Shown here: positions 1 through 13,738 of the stretch, piece by piece
Layout of the letters: each line of letters begins with the position of its first letter
Numbering within the stretch: position 1 is the stretch's first letter
Translations under genes and position numbers: made by a program
Notes under the pieces: model-generated
The model's input: only the letters and a program-made list of their open reading frames with translations
Told to the model about the DNA's origin: nothing
The model's database searches: none
Assembly: GCF_009914755.1 (NCBI RefSeq)
Contig: NC_060937.1
From: the human T2T-CHM13v2.0 reference genome, Homo sapiens
Reading direction: 5' to 3' (one strand)
Length of the DNA: 64,000 nucleotides

Positions 1-649
1 TGTCCAGCCCCAGCTGGTCCCGCCACTCGGGCTTGGTAGTGCTGGCCTCCTCTTCACTGGATTGGCTGCTCTGAGAAATCCAGGATAGGCAAGGATGCTG
101 GGATGTCATTATTCACCTGCAAAATAGGAGGCCTTCCCAGGCAAGGGAACCTAGGGGGGTCAGCAGGCCAGGCCTGTGTGGAAATTTCCCAGTTTTAGCA
201 GTGAAAGTCCCATGTCCCAGGAAACTCCTCAGTCCTGAGCAAACCGACGTGTCTGGCCACCCTAAACCTAGCACACTCCCTCCTCTCTTCTCAGATACTC
301 TGCACACAGCTGCATCTATTCTGCTGGAGTCTGCTATTATCAGCCCACTTCTCCATCTGCCTCATTCCCAGGGGACATGTCCATCTGTCTGTCTGCCAAG
401 GCAGTCCTGCTCCCAGGGGCCCCGGGACACCTCTCTGGTGGTGTGGGGGTCTGTAAGTGGAGCCTTCCCTGTGGAATGGGCCGGGGGAGCTGAGCAGGAA
501 GAGAACCTTGCTTAGGCCTCACGGGGGGAGCCAAGGACACCCTCATTCCTCTCCTTAACTCTGGTCCTCAGGAAGGGTCTCAGGAGCCCACCTTCTTCCC
601 CCACTACAGTTGGAGCTCTGGGGGTCCAGCCTCAACATTTTGAGTAGGT

Positions 650-1092
650 GGAACTGTGTCCCCCAAAAGTGATGTCCAAGTCCTAACCCCAGTGCTGGTG
701 AATGTGACCTTATTTGGAAACGGGGTCTCTGTGGATATGATTAAGTTAAGGCTCTCAGGATGAGCTCCTTCTGGATTTAGGGTAGGCCCTAGATCCAACT
801 ACTGGTGTCCTTTTAAGAAAAAAGACGAGGTTTGACACAGACACACAGAGAAGAAGGCTGTGTGAAGGTGGAGGCAGACACTGGAGTGATGCCACCACAA
901 GCCAAGAATGCCAGAAGCCATCAGAAGTTGGGAGAGCAAGGAAGTGTCCCCCATTGGAGCCTCTGGAGGATGGTGGCCCCATGGACACCTTGATCTCAGA
1001 CTTGGCCCAGAACTGTGAGAGAGTAAAATTCTGTTGTTTCAGGACTCCTAGTTTGTGCTGATTTGTTCCAGCAGCCCTAAGAAACAAATACA
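650..1092 (+). mobile_element. MLT1-type (MaLR) solo LTR
   Basis: gtgaccttatttggaaa...attaagttaagg...ccagaactgtgaga...gaaacaaataca motifs. Confidence 0.75.
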
Positions 1093-1311
1093 GCATTGGT
1101 CGTCTCCTGCCTGCCTGGGGAGTGTGCCTTGAACTTCCAGGGGATCATCTGTCTAGAGAAGAGTTTGTTTGAGGAGGAGGGAAGAGGACACAACAGCAGG
1201 CCTGGGGACACAGACTCCCCCTTGTTTCTGGCCCTGACTTCTGACACGGCCACTGTGAGTGTCAAGTGAGATAATGCAGGGTGACATCTGTGTTTTATTG
1301 TCAGGATCATA

Positions 1312-1855
<544 letters not shown>

Positions 1856-1897
1856 ACCTGAGCATTTCAATGTGAATTTCCTCAGATCCTAAGCTCA

Positions 1898-2338
<441 letters not shown>

Positions 2339-2755
2339 TCAGGCAGCCAGGGCGCTCAGCCCTGGGCCTCTGCTCCTCCTCTTCTCCTTCCCTTTCTTTT
2401 CCCCTACTTGGCACAGAAAGACTGACAGGGACTTGATGGGTAGGAGAAGCTCCAACATGGACAACCAACCCAACACCAGGCACTGTCCCCTGCGCTGGCC
2501 TCACCATATGGCCCTGTCCTGCCCTCCTTCCCTCTCCTTAGTTCCTGGCACACACAGGCTCTTCCTGCTCACAGCTTTGCCATGCTCTGCCCTCTGCCTG
2601 CAAAGTTCCCCTGCCCCAGGTGGCATGGCTGGTGTCTACTTATCCTCTAGGTCTCAGCTTAGACGTCACCTCCTCAGCCTGAGCAGCCTACCTGGTTCCC
2701 TACGGGACTCTGTTGCCATGCCTTGTTGGTTTCCTTCATATAATTTACGAATAGA

Positions 2756-3348
2756 TATGGTAAATTCTCATTGTTCACTGTATTATGTTCTAGAAAGCCA
2801 GTGATTTAGTGAATACCAAAACAACCCATAGCTCCTAGGGGAAATATGCACACAGACACATCTCACATAGGTTATCATCTTAAATCCTAAAAGCAGCCCA
2901 TCCTGCTAGATACCATTTTTTGTTTTTGTTTTTGTTTAATTTTTATTTTACAAAAGAGAATAGGAGGCTCAGAAGTGTCATGTGACTTGCCTGAGGCTAT
3001 CCCAGTAACACTTGCTGGAGCTGGGATTCAAACCCTGTCCCACCAGCCCCAGAGCTGCAGCTTCTTGCACAACACTGCCCTGTGTAGGGACACCTGTGTC
3101 CTCTGGTTGCCTCTGCAGGAGAGCTGAGCAGAAGGGCAGAGCGTGGCCTTGTTCAATCTCAGCCAGCAATGTGCACACTGGGCATGTGCAAATTTCCCAC
3201 TGCTCTGGGCATGTCCCTGGCTCCACGTGAGTTACATATTATATATGTATGTATTTCCCCTAGGAGCAAGGGGTTCAGTATTGGCCAATTCAGTGTTCTC
3301 AATGACTTTATAGACTATAACTACCATGAATCATGAGAATTGACTGTA
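2756..3348. mobile_element. TcMar/Tigger-like non-autonomous DNA transposon with long TIRs and an internal MIR-like segment
   Basis: Left aattctca...gctcctaggggaaata (to about 2846) is the reverse complement of right tatttcccctaggagc...tgagaattgactgta; TA flanks. Confidence 0.65.
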
Positions 3349-4369
3349 TTTGTCCATCATCTGTTCTCTCTCAGCACAAACTTGTGAGGGCAGGGACCTT
3401 GTCTGTCTGCTGCGCTGCTGAATTCCTGTTGCCCAGCCTTGTGCAGGGCACCCATATTGATAGGTACAAGGGAATGAAGGGTGGATGGATTTCTCTCTCA
3501 TCCATTCCTGACCCTATTCTGTGGGGCTTGCCTGCCCTCTGAGTCATCCTCTCTTGACATTTCAAACCCATCGTGTTCCTCTGGCCCTGGCTTCTGCTTT
3601 TCAAATCCCAAAGGGCAGTTCCTAGAATCAGTGCCCTTGGGGCAGCAACATCTCTAGGGAATCACATGAAGAAAGGAAGCGATGCTGAGGCCTGGGTTCG
3701 TCTGGAGAAGGAGGGCTTGGGGAGCTTGGGTTACTGTCTGCCAGGTCTCGTCTGAGCTGTCCAGGGTGTGGCGATGTACTACATTTTATCTAGAAATATC
3801 TATTCACTGTAAACTTTGCCTTTCTTTGAAAACAACCCTTGATATTGTTGCATACGTGACAGGCTTTGACGCCCGTAGCTCCCTACACATTCCTTCCAGG
3901 GCACGTGTACTTTTTCCCCAAGACGTAGGCCCCAGGTCTGGGAGGTTTTGGTGCAGAGATATACCTGTCTTGCATCTACCCTAGACTGCACTTCTGTCTG
4001 TAAGTTCCCCTAGTAATCACCTTGTACAGACAAACCGGGTTTGTCTGCCTTGTTTGGTTTCCAGCTCCCTCTGCATTTGGGGGTCACTTTGTATATATGA
4101 ACCTTTCACGGAACACAGGGGCCTCATCGGAGTGAGAAGGTGGCTCAGAGGCCTGCTATGGGAAGCCTTGCTCACCTCCAGTGGGGAGGACTTCCAGTCA
4201 CTCAATCCCAAATCCTCCTCTTGCTTCCCACTTTCCATTGAACAAAGAGCAAACTTCTAAGGTCCTTTGTCTTGGGACCCCAGCCTGTCCAACCTCATTC
4301 CTCCTTCTCTAAGTAAGAGGCTATATACATACTGAAATTATAAAAATAACAAATGAACAAACAAAAACC

Positions 4370-4580
4370 TGGGCTCTGGAGCCAGACTCTCGGTTCAAAG
4401 TCTGGCTGTGCCACTTGCAAACTGTGTGACCTTGGGCCAGTCACTTAACCTCTCTATGCCTCCATTTCCTCAACTGTAAAAAGCAGACAATAATAGTACT
4501 TTGTTCAGAGGGCTGAGTAAGAATTAAATGTCTATACACAGCAATAACTGAGAAAACGTTAAAATTTCCTTGTTATCATT
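4370..4580 (+). mobile_element. MIR
   Basis: tgtgtgaccttgggccagtcacttaacctctctatgcctccatttcctc core. Confidence 0.75.
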
Positions 4581-4683
4581 GATGGGAGGAGAGCAAAGAG
4601 AAGAATCTTCTTACTTCACTCTGTGGGGAGCAGATCCTGCTAGCTTTTAACCTTTTAAATGGCTCCCATCAGAGTTCTCACAC

Positions 4684-5185
4684 TGAGATGGGCAGGCTGG
4701 TGGGTTCTCAATTTTAAGGTGGTCTGGAGGAAAAGAATAAAAGCCCCTCACTCAAGCTCTGGCTTAGCTAGCTCTTAACCAATCAGTAACAAAAGACCCA
4801 AGAAGCTCCTATTTCAGGTGGCTACGGACTTCCTGGAGCCCTGGATGTGCAGTTAGACTTAAACTAATGCTAAAAGCCACACGCAGGGGTGGAGATTTAA
4901 AGTGAGAATGTTACATAAGATGTATGAAGAAGCACGTTGAGCCACCGTGCAAGCACTAGAATAACTGCTCCTGTACATGCCCTGTCATAAACATAACCCT
5001 TTCCTATAGGAAGACCCTATAAAACCAACCCACACATTGCACTCAGGGAGTAGCCCATTCTTTTCTTTTCTCAGTGCTGGTTCCCTTGTGTACAAGCTGA
5101 TATAAACTTTACTTTGCTGCTATGTTTGGTGATCTCTCTTGATTTCTATCCTGGGAGATCCAAAGAACCTAGGATTCCAGTAGCA
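4684..5185 (+). mobile_element. ERV1-class solo LTR (family not assigned)
   Basis: TG...CA ends with 4-bp TSD acac (4680-4683, 5186-5189); internal CCAAT and TATA-like ctataaaa. Confidence 0.6.
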
Positions 5186-6231
5186 ACACTAGGCCACCCC
5201 CCACTCCCTAGTGTTAGAGATCTGCTCCTGCCTGAGGGTGCCCAGCTCTGGGCTAAGTCCCCCTTTGGAAGATGGGATCTGGAACATCTAGAAATGGTCA
5301 GAATTGGGAAGTTCCTGCTCAGGGGGTGAAAAGATCCTGAACTGTTGAATGAGTAGAACCCACCCACCAGGGACCCTGAGTTTGGGCAGGTCTCAACACT
5401 GTGTGGGACCCTGAACCCAGATAGGAAGCCTGGCCTGAGACCCCTTGGGCTGGGAGTCAAGATGGGTGCTGGATTTTAGTTTCCACACACCTGGCAAAGG
5501 ACAGCCATGCCTTCCATCTTCCCTGAGGAAATGGAAATCGAAAAGTGACCTAAGAAGTATTCAGCTCTTGAAATGGCTTGGCTATAAGTCCCTCCCAGTG
5601 CACAAGGCACCATGGAGAAGTCCTGTTGGTGTGGAGGGAATTCTAGCAGTTAGGGTCGTGCCCTGACCAAATGGCTTTGTATTCACAAGTGACTCTGGGA
5701 GGCTTTTCCATAAAATCTTCTCCTAGGTCAATGAGACTGCAGTTTTGCTGATGAATTCCCTCGGGGACTAAGCCCTTCCTCTGTGGGTAACATTTTTCCT
5801 CTGGAGCAGCTGCCCCTGGGGGAAGGAATCAGTTTGCGGGTAGGGCAGCCCATTCACAGAGAGAGGGAGAGAGGCTGGCCCTGTGGTTTGACTTTTGCAG
5901 GGGTGAGGGGTGCCGTGAAAGGATACACAGGGACCGTCTGTTTCTCATCCAGATGCTCAGGTGCAGAGGGGCCGGGACATGCTGATAGGACTGAGAGGGG
6001 GAGCTCTTCCCTCCCTGGCTTGCTTGATGGTCTGTCACCAGATCCTCTCTGAGGTAATTAACTGAATTTCTTGCCCCACTCCTTTGTGCTTTCTGTACCC
6101 AAGACCTTGGTCCACTCTTGGACAGCATTTTCTATACACAAGGCATTCAGGGGAGGGCAGATACCTCCAGAACAAAGAAGACAATCAGGAAATGGTGTCT
6201 AAAAAGACTCACAGCAGAGAAAATATTGTTA

Positions 6232-6807
<576 letters not shown>

Positions 6808-7224
6808 TTATAGTGAAATATTTAGAAGTCACGTTTTGGACCATGGACTCTGTATGCATGTGTCTCCAAACCGTCACCAAACCCTCCTCTCTGAGGCACC
6901 CAGAACAGGGAGGCACTGGGTCTTCCTAAGCAAATTATCACAAAGGTGACTCTTAAGAAGTATTTAGGAGATGAAACCAATAGAATGTGGTGGTTGTGGA
7001 GCCTTGACGGCTATTTCACACATGGAGGAGCAACGGTGCAGGAAGAACATCGTGCCTCCTCTGTGGTCAGGGACCTCATGGACTGGTCCATCATGGTGCT
7101 CATTCTCCCATTTCCAACATGTGTAACTCTGAGACAGGGAGGAAGTTCATACAGTCTGGGAGTCACGCTTTTTCCAGCTGCTTCTCCATGGGCAGGAGTG
7201 TTAGGGACTCATGACCCAAGCTTA

Positions 7225-7389
<165 letters not shown>

Positions 7390-7490
7390 TTAAGGCACAA
7401 GTAGTCAGTCCTTGGGGTCCCCTGGAAAAGGTAGGGCCCTGCAGATGATGCAGGCCTCAGTCAAACCCCACACCTCAGTCAAACCCCTTA

Positions 7491-7706
<216 letters not shown>

Positions 7707-7887
7707 CTACTGCAGAGCACGGTGTGGACCCCATCTGCTTGCTCTCCGATGCCACGTGCTACCTCATCAACTTGCTGGGGAGCTGCGGGGCTTCAGTTTA
7801 CTTGTCTATATGATGAGGAGGCTGGACTGGATCTGTGTGTGTGTGTAGATTTTAAACTGTCATTTCAATCACCCCAATGATTATTGA

Positions 7888-8332
7888 TTGCATTAGATTC
7901 CCAGGGATGCTTGAACAAAGTCTCACAAACTGGGCATCTTAAAACTACAGAAATTTAATCTCACTATTGTGGAGGCTGGAAGTCTGAAATCAAAGGGTCC
8001 CCAGGGTTGGTTCCTTCTAGAGGTTTTGAGGAAGGATCTCTTCCATGCTTTTCTCTTGGCTTTTGATGATAGACGGAGATCCTTGACATTCCTTGGCTTG
8101 TGATGCATCACCCCAGTCTCTACCTCTATCTTCATGTGGTGCTCTCTGTATCTTCACGTGGCCATCCTCTTAGGAGGACCCCATATTGGATTGGGGCACA
8201 CCCTACTTCAAGATGACCTCATCTTAACTCATTACATCTGCAAAGACTATTTCCAGATAAGGTCACATTCTGAAGCACTGGGGGTTAGAACTCCGACATG
8301 TCTCTTGAGGGAACACAATTCAACCCATAACA
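7888..8332 (-). mobile_element. MLT1-type solo LTR
   Basis: ggaggctggaagtctgaaatcaa...ttccagataaggtcacattctga...caattcaacccataaca. Confidence 0.75.
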
Positions 8333-8814
8333 TTGGTATACTCAAATTTTTTATTTCTTCTTCAATCAGTTTTTGCAAACTGTTTTTCTAGAAAATTGTT
8401 CATTTTAGGTAAACATTCAAATTTATTGTCATAAAAATTTTAAGTTTATAGTGTTTTAAAGAGATCTCTGCTGTCTCTGTAGTTACATCGCTGTTTTCAT
8501 TCTCTTTATTATTTATACCTTCTGAATCAACCTTGTCAGAAAGTTTGCCTATTTTATTAATCTTTTCAAAGGACCAAGTTTTGGTTTGTTTATTCCATTA
8601 TTTCTTTGTTTTATAGTTTATCAATTTCTGCTTATATCATTATCGTTTATATCCTCTACTTTCTGTGGGTTTTCTATGTTATTCTATTTTATTTTTCTAA
8701 TTCCTGGAATTGAATACTAAACTCTTCTGTTTTTGTCTTTCTTCTTCTTCAAGATCTTCCTCCTACTCCTCCTTCACATCCTCCTCCTCCTTTATCAGAG
8801 AAAGCATTTAAAAG

Positions 8815-8936
8815 AAAGCCCCCTGGCACCCAGTATTCCCAGGCAGTCTTCCATCCAAGTAGTAACCAGGCTCAGCTCTGCTTAACTTCTGAGATTAGAC
8901 AAGATTGAAAGCATTCAGGGTGATATGGCTGTAGAT
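8815..8936 (-). pseudogene. 5S rRNA pseudogene
   Basis: Minus strand ATCTACAGCCATATCACCCTGAATGC...CTTGGATGGAAGACTGCCTGGGAATACTGGGTGC...GGCTTT is collinear with full-length 5S rRNA but CpG-decayed. Confidence 0.92.
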
Positions 8937-8958
8937 TTTTAAAATATGTGTTTAAAGC

Positions 8959-9313
8959 TGTTACGGTTTGAATGTGTCCCCCCAAAAACATGTGTTGGAA
9001 ATTGAATCCCCAATGCAATAGTGTTGGGAGATGGAGCCTAATGGGAGGTATTTAGGTCATGGGGACTCTAACCTCATCAGTAGATTAATAATAATTATGA
9101 AAGGGCTTGAGGCTACTAGTTTGATCTCTTGCTCTCGTTCTCTCTCTTGCCCTCATTTTGCTTTTCCACCATGGGATGATGAAACAAGAACCCCCTTGCC
9201 ACATGTGACCCCTCCAGCTTGGACTTTCCAGCCTTTGGAACCAATAAATTTCTGTTCATTGTAAACTACCCAGTCTGTGATTCCCTGTTACAGCAGCACA
9301 AAACAGACTCAGA
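8959..9313 (+). mobile_element. MST/MLT1A-type solo LTR
   Basis: tgttacggtttgaatgtgtcccccc...ggactttccagcc...cagcagcacaaaacagact. Confidence 0.75.
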
Positions 9314-9917
9314 AAAAAGCTGTAACATTCCCCTCAATTTACTGTTTAGCTGTTTCCCATGAGTGTAGTTATTTGCCTTTCATTTTACTCCATTCTAAAT
9401 ATTTTCAGATTTGACACACAAGTTATTTACAAGGGTGTTCTTAAATTTGCCAATGTATAAAGGACTTTTGGTTATGTTATTACTATTCTTGATTAAAATG
9501 CACTGGGGCAAGAGAACATAGCCTATATAATATCCCTTCTTTGGTGTTTGCTGAGATTTGTTTTCTGACCTAGCATGTGATCAATTATAATAGATGTTTT
9601 GCATGTGCTTGGAAAGGGTGTGTGTCCTCTAATTGTCCCCTGTCCCCATGTTGGTGGATTGTCAAGACCCGTTGTTCCCCTGCTTCCTCAGCACACACAC
9701 CTGGCTCAGAAGCTCACTCTTCTGGTTTTGTAGTTTTCTCTTTATTTCTGGTGTTGGCTATTTCCCTTACTTTCTTACATTCTCTGTTCTGCATGGAAAA
9801 GGATGCTTCTTATGTTTTATTTCAATTCCCAGGTGTTTGCAGCAGGAAGGCTTTGCAGACCATCTAGTATCCCACATTAACTTAACTAGAAGAAGTCAGA
9901 TTAGTGATTTTCAAGCC

Positions 9918-10700
9918 ATTTTTATTTTGATTTTTTTTGAAGAAACAATAGTTTTTCTAACCAAGTGACCCAGCTACTGAATCTTAAGGCCTCAAAAAAT
10001 ATTGCCTCTTATTGTCATTGAACAATAAGGCCTTCTATTTTGATATTCCAGGGAAATAGAGATTTTGTGTCTCCAGTAGTTTCCATTTGTCAAACAGTCA
10101 TGAGTGATGGTTTAGCATGGTGGCTACTGCTTTCAGGAGATTCTGTTGGATGAGTCCTCGTTTCTAGTGCAATAGCTATTGGACATTTTTTATTAAAAGT
10201 TCATCCATCAGGACTTCTCTATCATGGTTGGCCATGGAGTCCTGTCTGGCTGCTGAATGATATTCCTGAAATCTCATGGATATTCTTTGCATGATTTAAA
10301 AATATTTCCGTAAGCAATGTTCTGAGCGGATGGTCTCTTCAGGTTTTAGTTCTCTTGTTGTGAAGTCTTTAACTCAGTAGAAAAAAGCAGTTTTCTGGAA
10401 ATTTCTTGTAGTTGCAAGACATTCCTTAAACTGTTTTATCTGATCAGATTCTGGTATTTGTGCAGCCATATTCTTTTAGTATGTTTATTAGTCACCGTTT
10501 TTGACACATGAGTTTCCTTTCTGTTCTGGAAAAGCAGTTGTCCAATCTTTGCTTGAATGTCTCCAGTGAGGCCTGATTTGTTAGTTAAGTGCTGATTCTC
10601 CCTTCTGACACCGGTATGAAGCTGGGGACCGCATTGCCAGTTAAATCTAGGGGTGGAGGGTTGGGGCCACGGTGGGCGCTGTGGTCACTGGATGGGCTCA
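9918..10700 (-). pseudogene. TIMM9 processed pseudogene (disabled)
   Basis: ATG 10469-10467 reads MAAQIPESDQIKQFKE..., then KDFTTRELKPEET..SEHCL..KY, QRISMRFQEYH and GLHGQP with frameshifts and stops; intronless; ancestral TAG at 10221-10219; 3'UTR-like sequence then an A-rich tail at about 9918-9938; 5' edge approximate. Confidence 0.9.
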
Positions 10701-11159
10701 AATTATTATTGTAAACTGAAGAATTCTTTGCCCAAAGAAAGCTTATAGCAGAATGCAACATTTAAGGTGATAAGAGACAGAGATGCAGTTTTGTTTGAGA
10801 GAAAGCTGTCTGTTGGTTTCCACCTAGACATCAGGTAGAAAGCACTCCTCAAGGTGACAATGATCATATAACCAACATACAGTGGCTGTTTCCTTATGCC
10901 GAGCACTGCACTAAATACTTTAATTCCACAGCATACTGACCTTACAAAATATGCACTATCATTAATTCCTGTTTAAGAGAGGCTAAATGACTTACACAAA
11001 GTTATCTAGTTAGAAGAGAGCCAGGCTCCAGCAATCTGACCCCCAAGCTTCAGATTTATCCCTGATGCTGCCTCTAACCATTAAGCTCCCAGCCACCTGC
11101 GACATTTAGTATACAAAGCACTGCTTTTTTCTTTAAACCTAAAAAAAGCCCTTTAAAAT

Positions 11160-11716
11160 TTTTTCTTTCTTTAATTGACAATTAAAAATTGTATATATTT
11201 ATGTTGTACAACATGATGTTTTGATGTATGTATACATTGTGATTGGCTAAGTCAAGCTATTTAACATATGCATTACCTCACATATGTTTTGTTATGGTGA
11301 GAAAACTTAAAATCTACTCTCTTAGCAATTTTCAGGTATGCAATGTATTGATATATATAATATCAATATATAATATTAGCTTTAGTCCCCATGATGTACA
11401 ATAGACCTCTTAAACTTATTCCTCCTGTCTAGCGGAAATTTTGTATCCTTTGACCAACACCTCCCCGTTTCCCTACTCCTCAGCTCCTGGCCACTCTGTT
11501 CTATGAGTTTGGTGTTTTTACGTTCCACACATAAGTGATGTCATAAAGTATTTGACTTTCTGTGCCTGGCTTCTTTCACTTAGCATAATCCTCTCCAGGT
11601 TCATCCATGTTCTCACAAATGATAGGATTTCCCTCTTTTTTAAGGCTGAGTAGTATTCCATTGTGTATATAGACCACGTTTTCCTTTTTCATCCATCTGT
11701 TGATAGAGACTTGGTT
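11160..11716 (-). mobile_element. L1MA-type 3' end fragment
   Basis: gtgagaaaacttaaaatctactctcttagcaattttcagg...ttttttaaggctgagtagtattccattgtg. Confidence 0.8.
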
Positions 11717-13279
11717 TAAAAAGTGCTTTGTATTTTACCCACAGTTGGTTTGCCTGGTGACCTGTTGGAAATGTCCAGATGTTTTTCATGGGTAGCGGGT
11801 ATTTGTCACTTAGGTCTTATTTTCAAAAGCCACCCAAAAGCCAGAATTTCTTGAGATGCTTTCTGTTCGTCGAATTCACTTGTCATGTAATGAAATTTTC
11901 CTGATGACAAGAACCCCATGGACAAAGCAAAATCTCTTACACAGAGCTGGAGTTGGCACATGTTCTCTCACTGGGAAATATATAACAAACAGCATGTCTA
12001 AGAGCCTGAAGCTCGTCAGCATTTGCTTGGGGACAGAATAGGAGGCAAGAGCTTAAAGTGCAGAGTAAAGAGACTGTGTCTCTGGCCTGTCCTGCAGGCG
12101 GGACCCCGAGCTGTGCCAGAGCTGTTCTGGGAGCTCACCATGGCTGCTGTGAGGCCCTGGGTCCTGGCCTGGAGGGGTTGGATTTGGCCTGAACACCAGC
12201 ACACACAGAAGGTGTGCACTCAGCAAACAGCTTGGGATTTATTGCCTGTTTGTAAAACAAACAAACAAAACTAAATGTGCCACTCCTTGCCACACCTCAT
12301 GGGTGCTTGGTGCAGCCCAACATGAATGGTAGGTGAGAGAGGATCCTCTGCTTAGAGATCTTGGTGAGAATCTTCCTCTTGGCTGCAGGGAGGACATTTT
12401 AGATGTTAGTGGGGAGGGGGCGCCATGGTGGGTAGATGGTGCCAGAGCTGGCAAAGATCTGAGGCAGGATAGGGCCTGGAGTGTGGAAGAACATGGAGTT
12501 ATATAGCCTAATCGGAGCAATAAGCCAAGTAAGGTTTCTTTTATCTATTAGAAGAAGTGAGGCCAGGGATAGGAGAAAGCTGAAGACTTTATATGAGGGC
12601 TTCCAACGCCCTTACCATTGTCTGCTACAACCTGGAGAGCCCCCTTCTCCTGTCTATAGGAGTTCTGACTGGTCCCACAGACTTCCCTTCTCAATGCAGG
12701 CCCAAGTGTTGAAGGAATACTGAACTTCTCATTCCTTGTCTGGAGGTCAGAAAAGTCCATACCTTGGTTAACCGTGTTGATTTCCTATGCTCCTTCACTT
12801 TTGCCACAATTGAGGCCACACTCATGATGTAAAGCTGTCCTATTGCTTTTCCTCTTAGTGCAAGCTGTTCCATTTCCCAGCTCTCTTGCCGCTAGCTGGG
12901 GTCATGGGGTCCATTCTGGTCAATGGAATTTAAGCCTGGACCCTGGCTTCACTTCTTGTCCATACAACTGGACATAGACAACTGCAAGATGGTAGAGACC
13001 TATGATGAAAAGACCCAGATCCCCGAGATGCACTTTGAAAGGGAGCCACTCAAAAGAAATACAAGGCTCAAAATAGACATGACATGAGAAAGAAATAGAC
13101 ATCTGTTCATTAAGCCACTTGGCTTTGGGAAGCATTTGCTTCAGAAGCTGATGAGCATTGTCCAGATGAATACAGCTTTGTGTCCTTGAGGCAGTGGCTC
13201 TATTTGACTTGGGCACCCAAGCTAATTTCCTATTTCTTTCCCACTTGCCTATGGGTGTCCGTGAGGCAAAGGCCTCAGG

Positions 13280-13650
13280 GCCTTTGCACTTGTTGGCTCT
13301 ATCTAGAATGCCCTTTCCCCAGGAGTCTCCATGGCTCACGCCCTCATTTCATACATGCCTAGGCTCAAATGGTACTTGTCCCAAATGGCCTTCCCTGATT
13401 ACTCTATAGGCATGAGAGCATCTTCTCTCTCAGCCCAGCTGGAGGGCCCCCTCTGCTGCTGTTTCCTCGTGGCTCCTAAAAATAGCCAACATAGCACCAA
13501 ATAGTACTTCTGTGTATTGACTCTCTCCTCAACTGGAACATATAAGCTCCATGGGAGAGAAGGCTGTGTCTCATTTGCCTCTGTATCTCCAGCACTTAGC
13601 AGAGTGCCTAGGGCACCGTAGGTTCTCCACATGTATTTACTGAAGACATG
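13280..13650 (+). mobile_element. L2 3' fragment
   Basis: gcctttgcacttg...ctgtatctccagcacttagcagagtgcctagggcac. Confidence 0.55.
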
Positions 13651-13738
13651 AAGACTATCACATCTTTTAAATTCCCACCTTAATGCCTCTTTTTTGAGCT
13701 TTAGACCTGATTATTAGCTCACTCTCAATTACTCTAAT

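Larger units (their letters stand above)
8340..9860 (-). mobile_element. Old L1M fragments, interrupted by the 5S pseudogene and an MST-like LTR
   Basis: T-rich L1 ORF2 antisense motifs such as ttttattaatcttttcaaaggaccaagtttttggttt. Confidence 0.55.

Noticed and set aside
7456-7488. Short tandem duplication cctcagtcaaacccc inside the candidate U12 intron
   Set aside because: Two copies only, away from splice signals; likely neutral slippage
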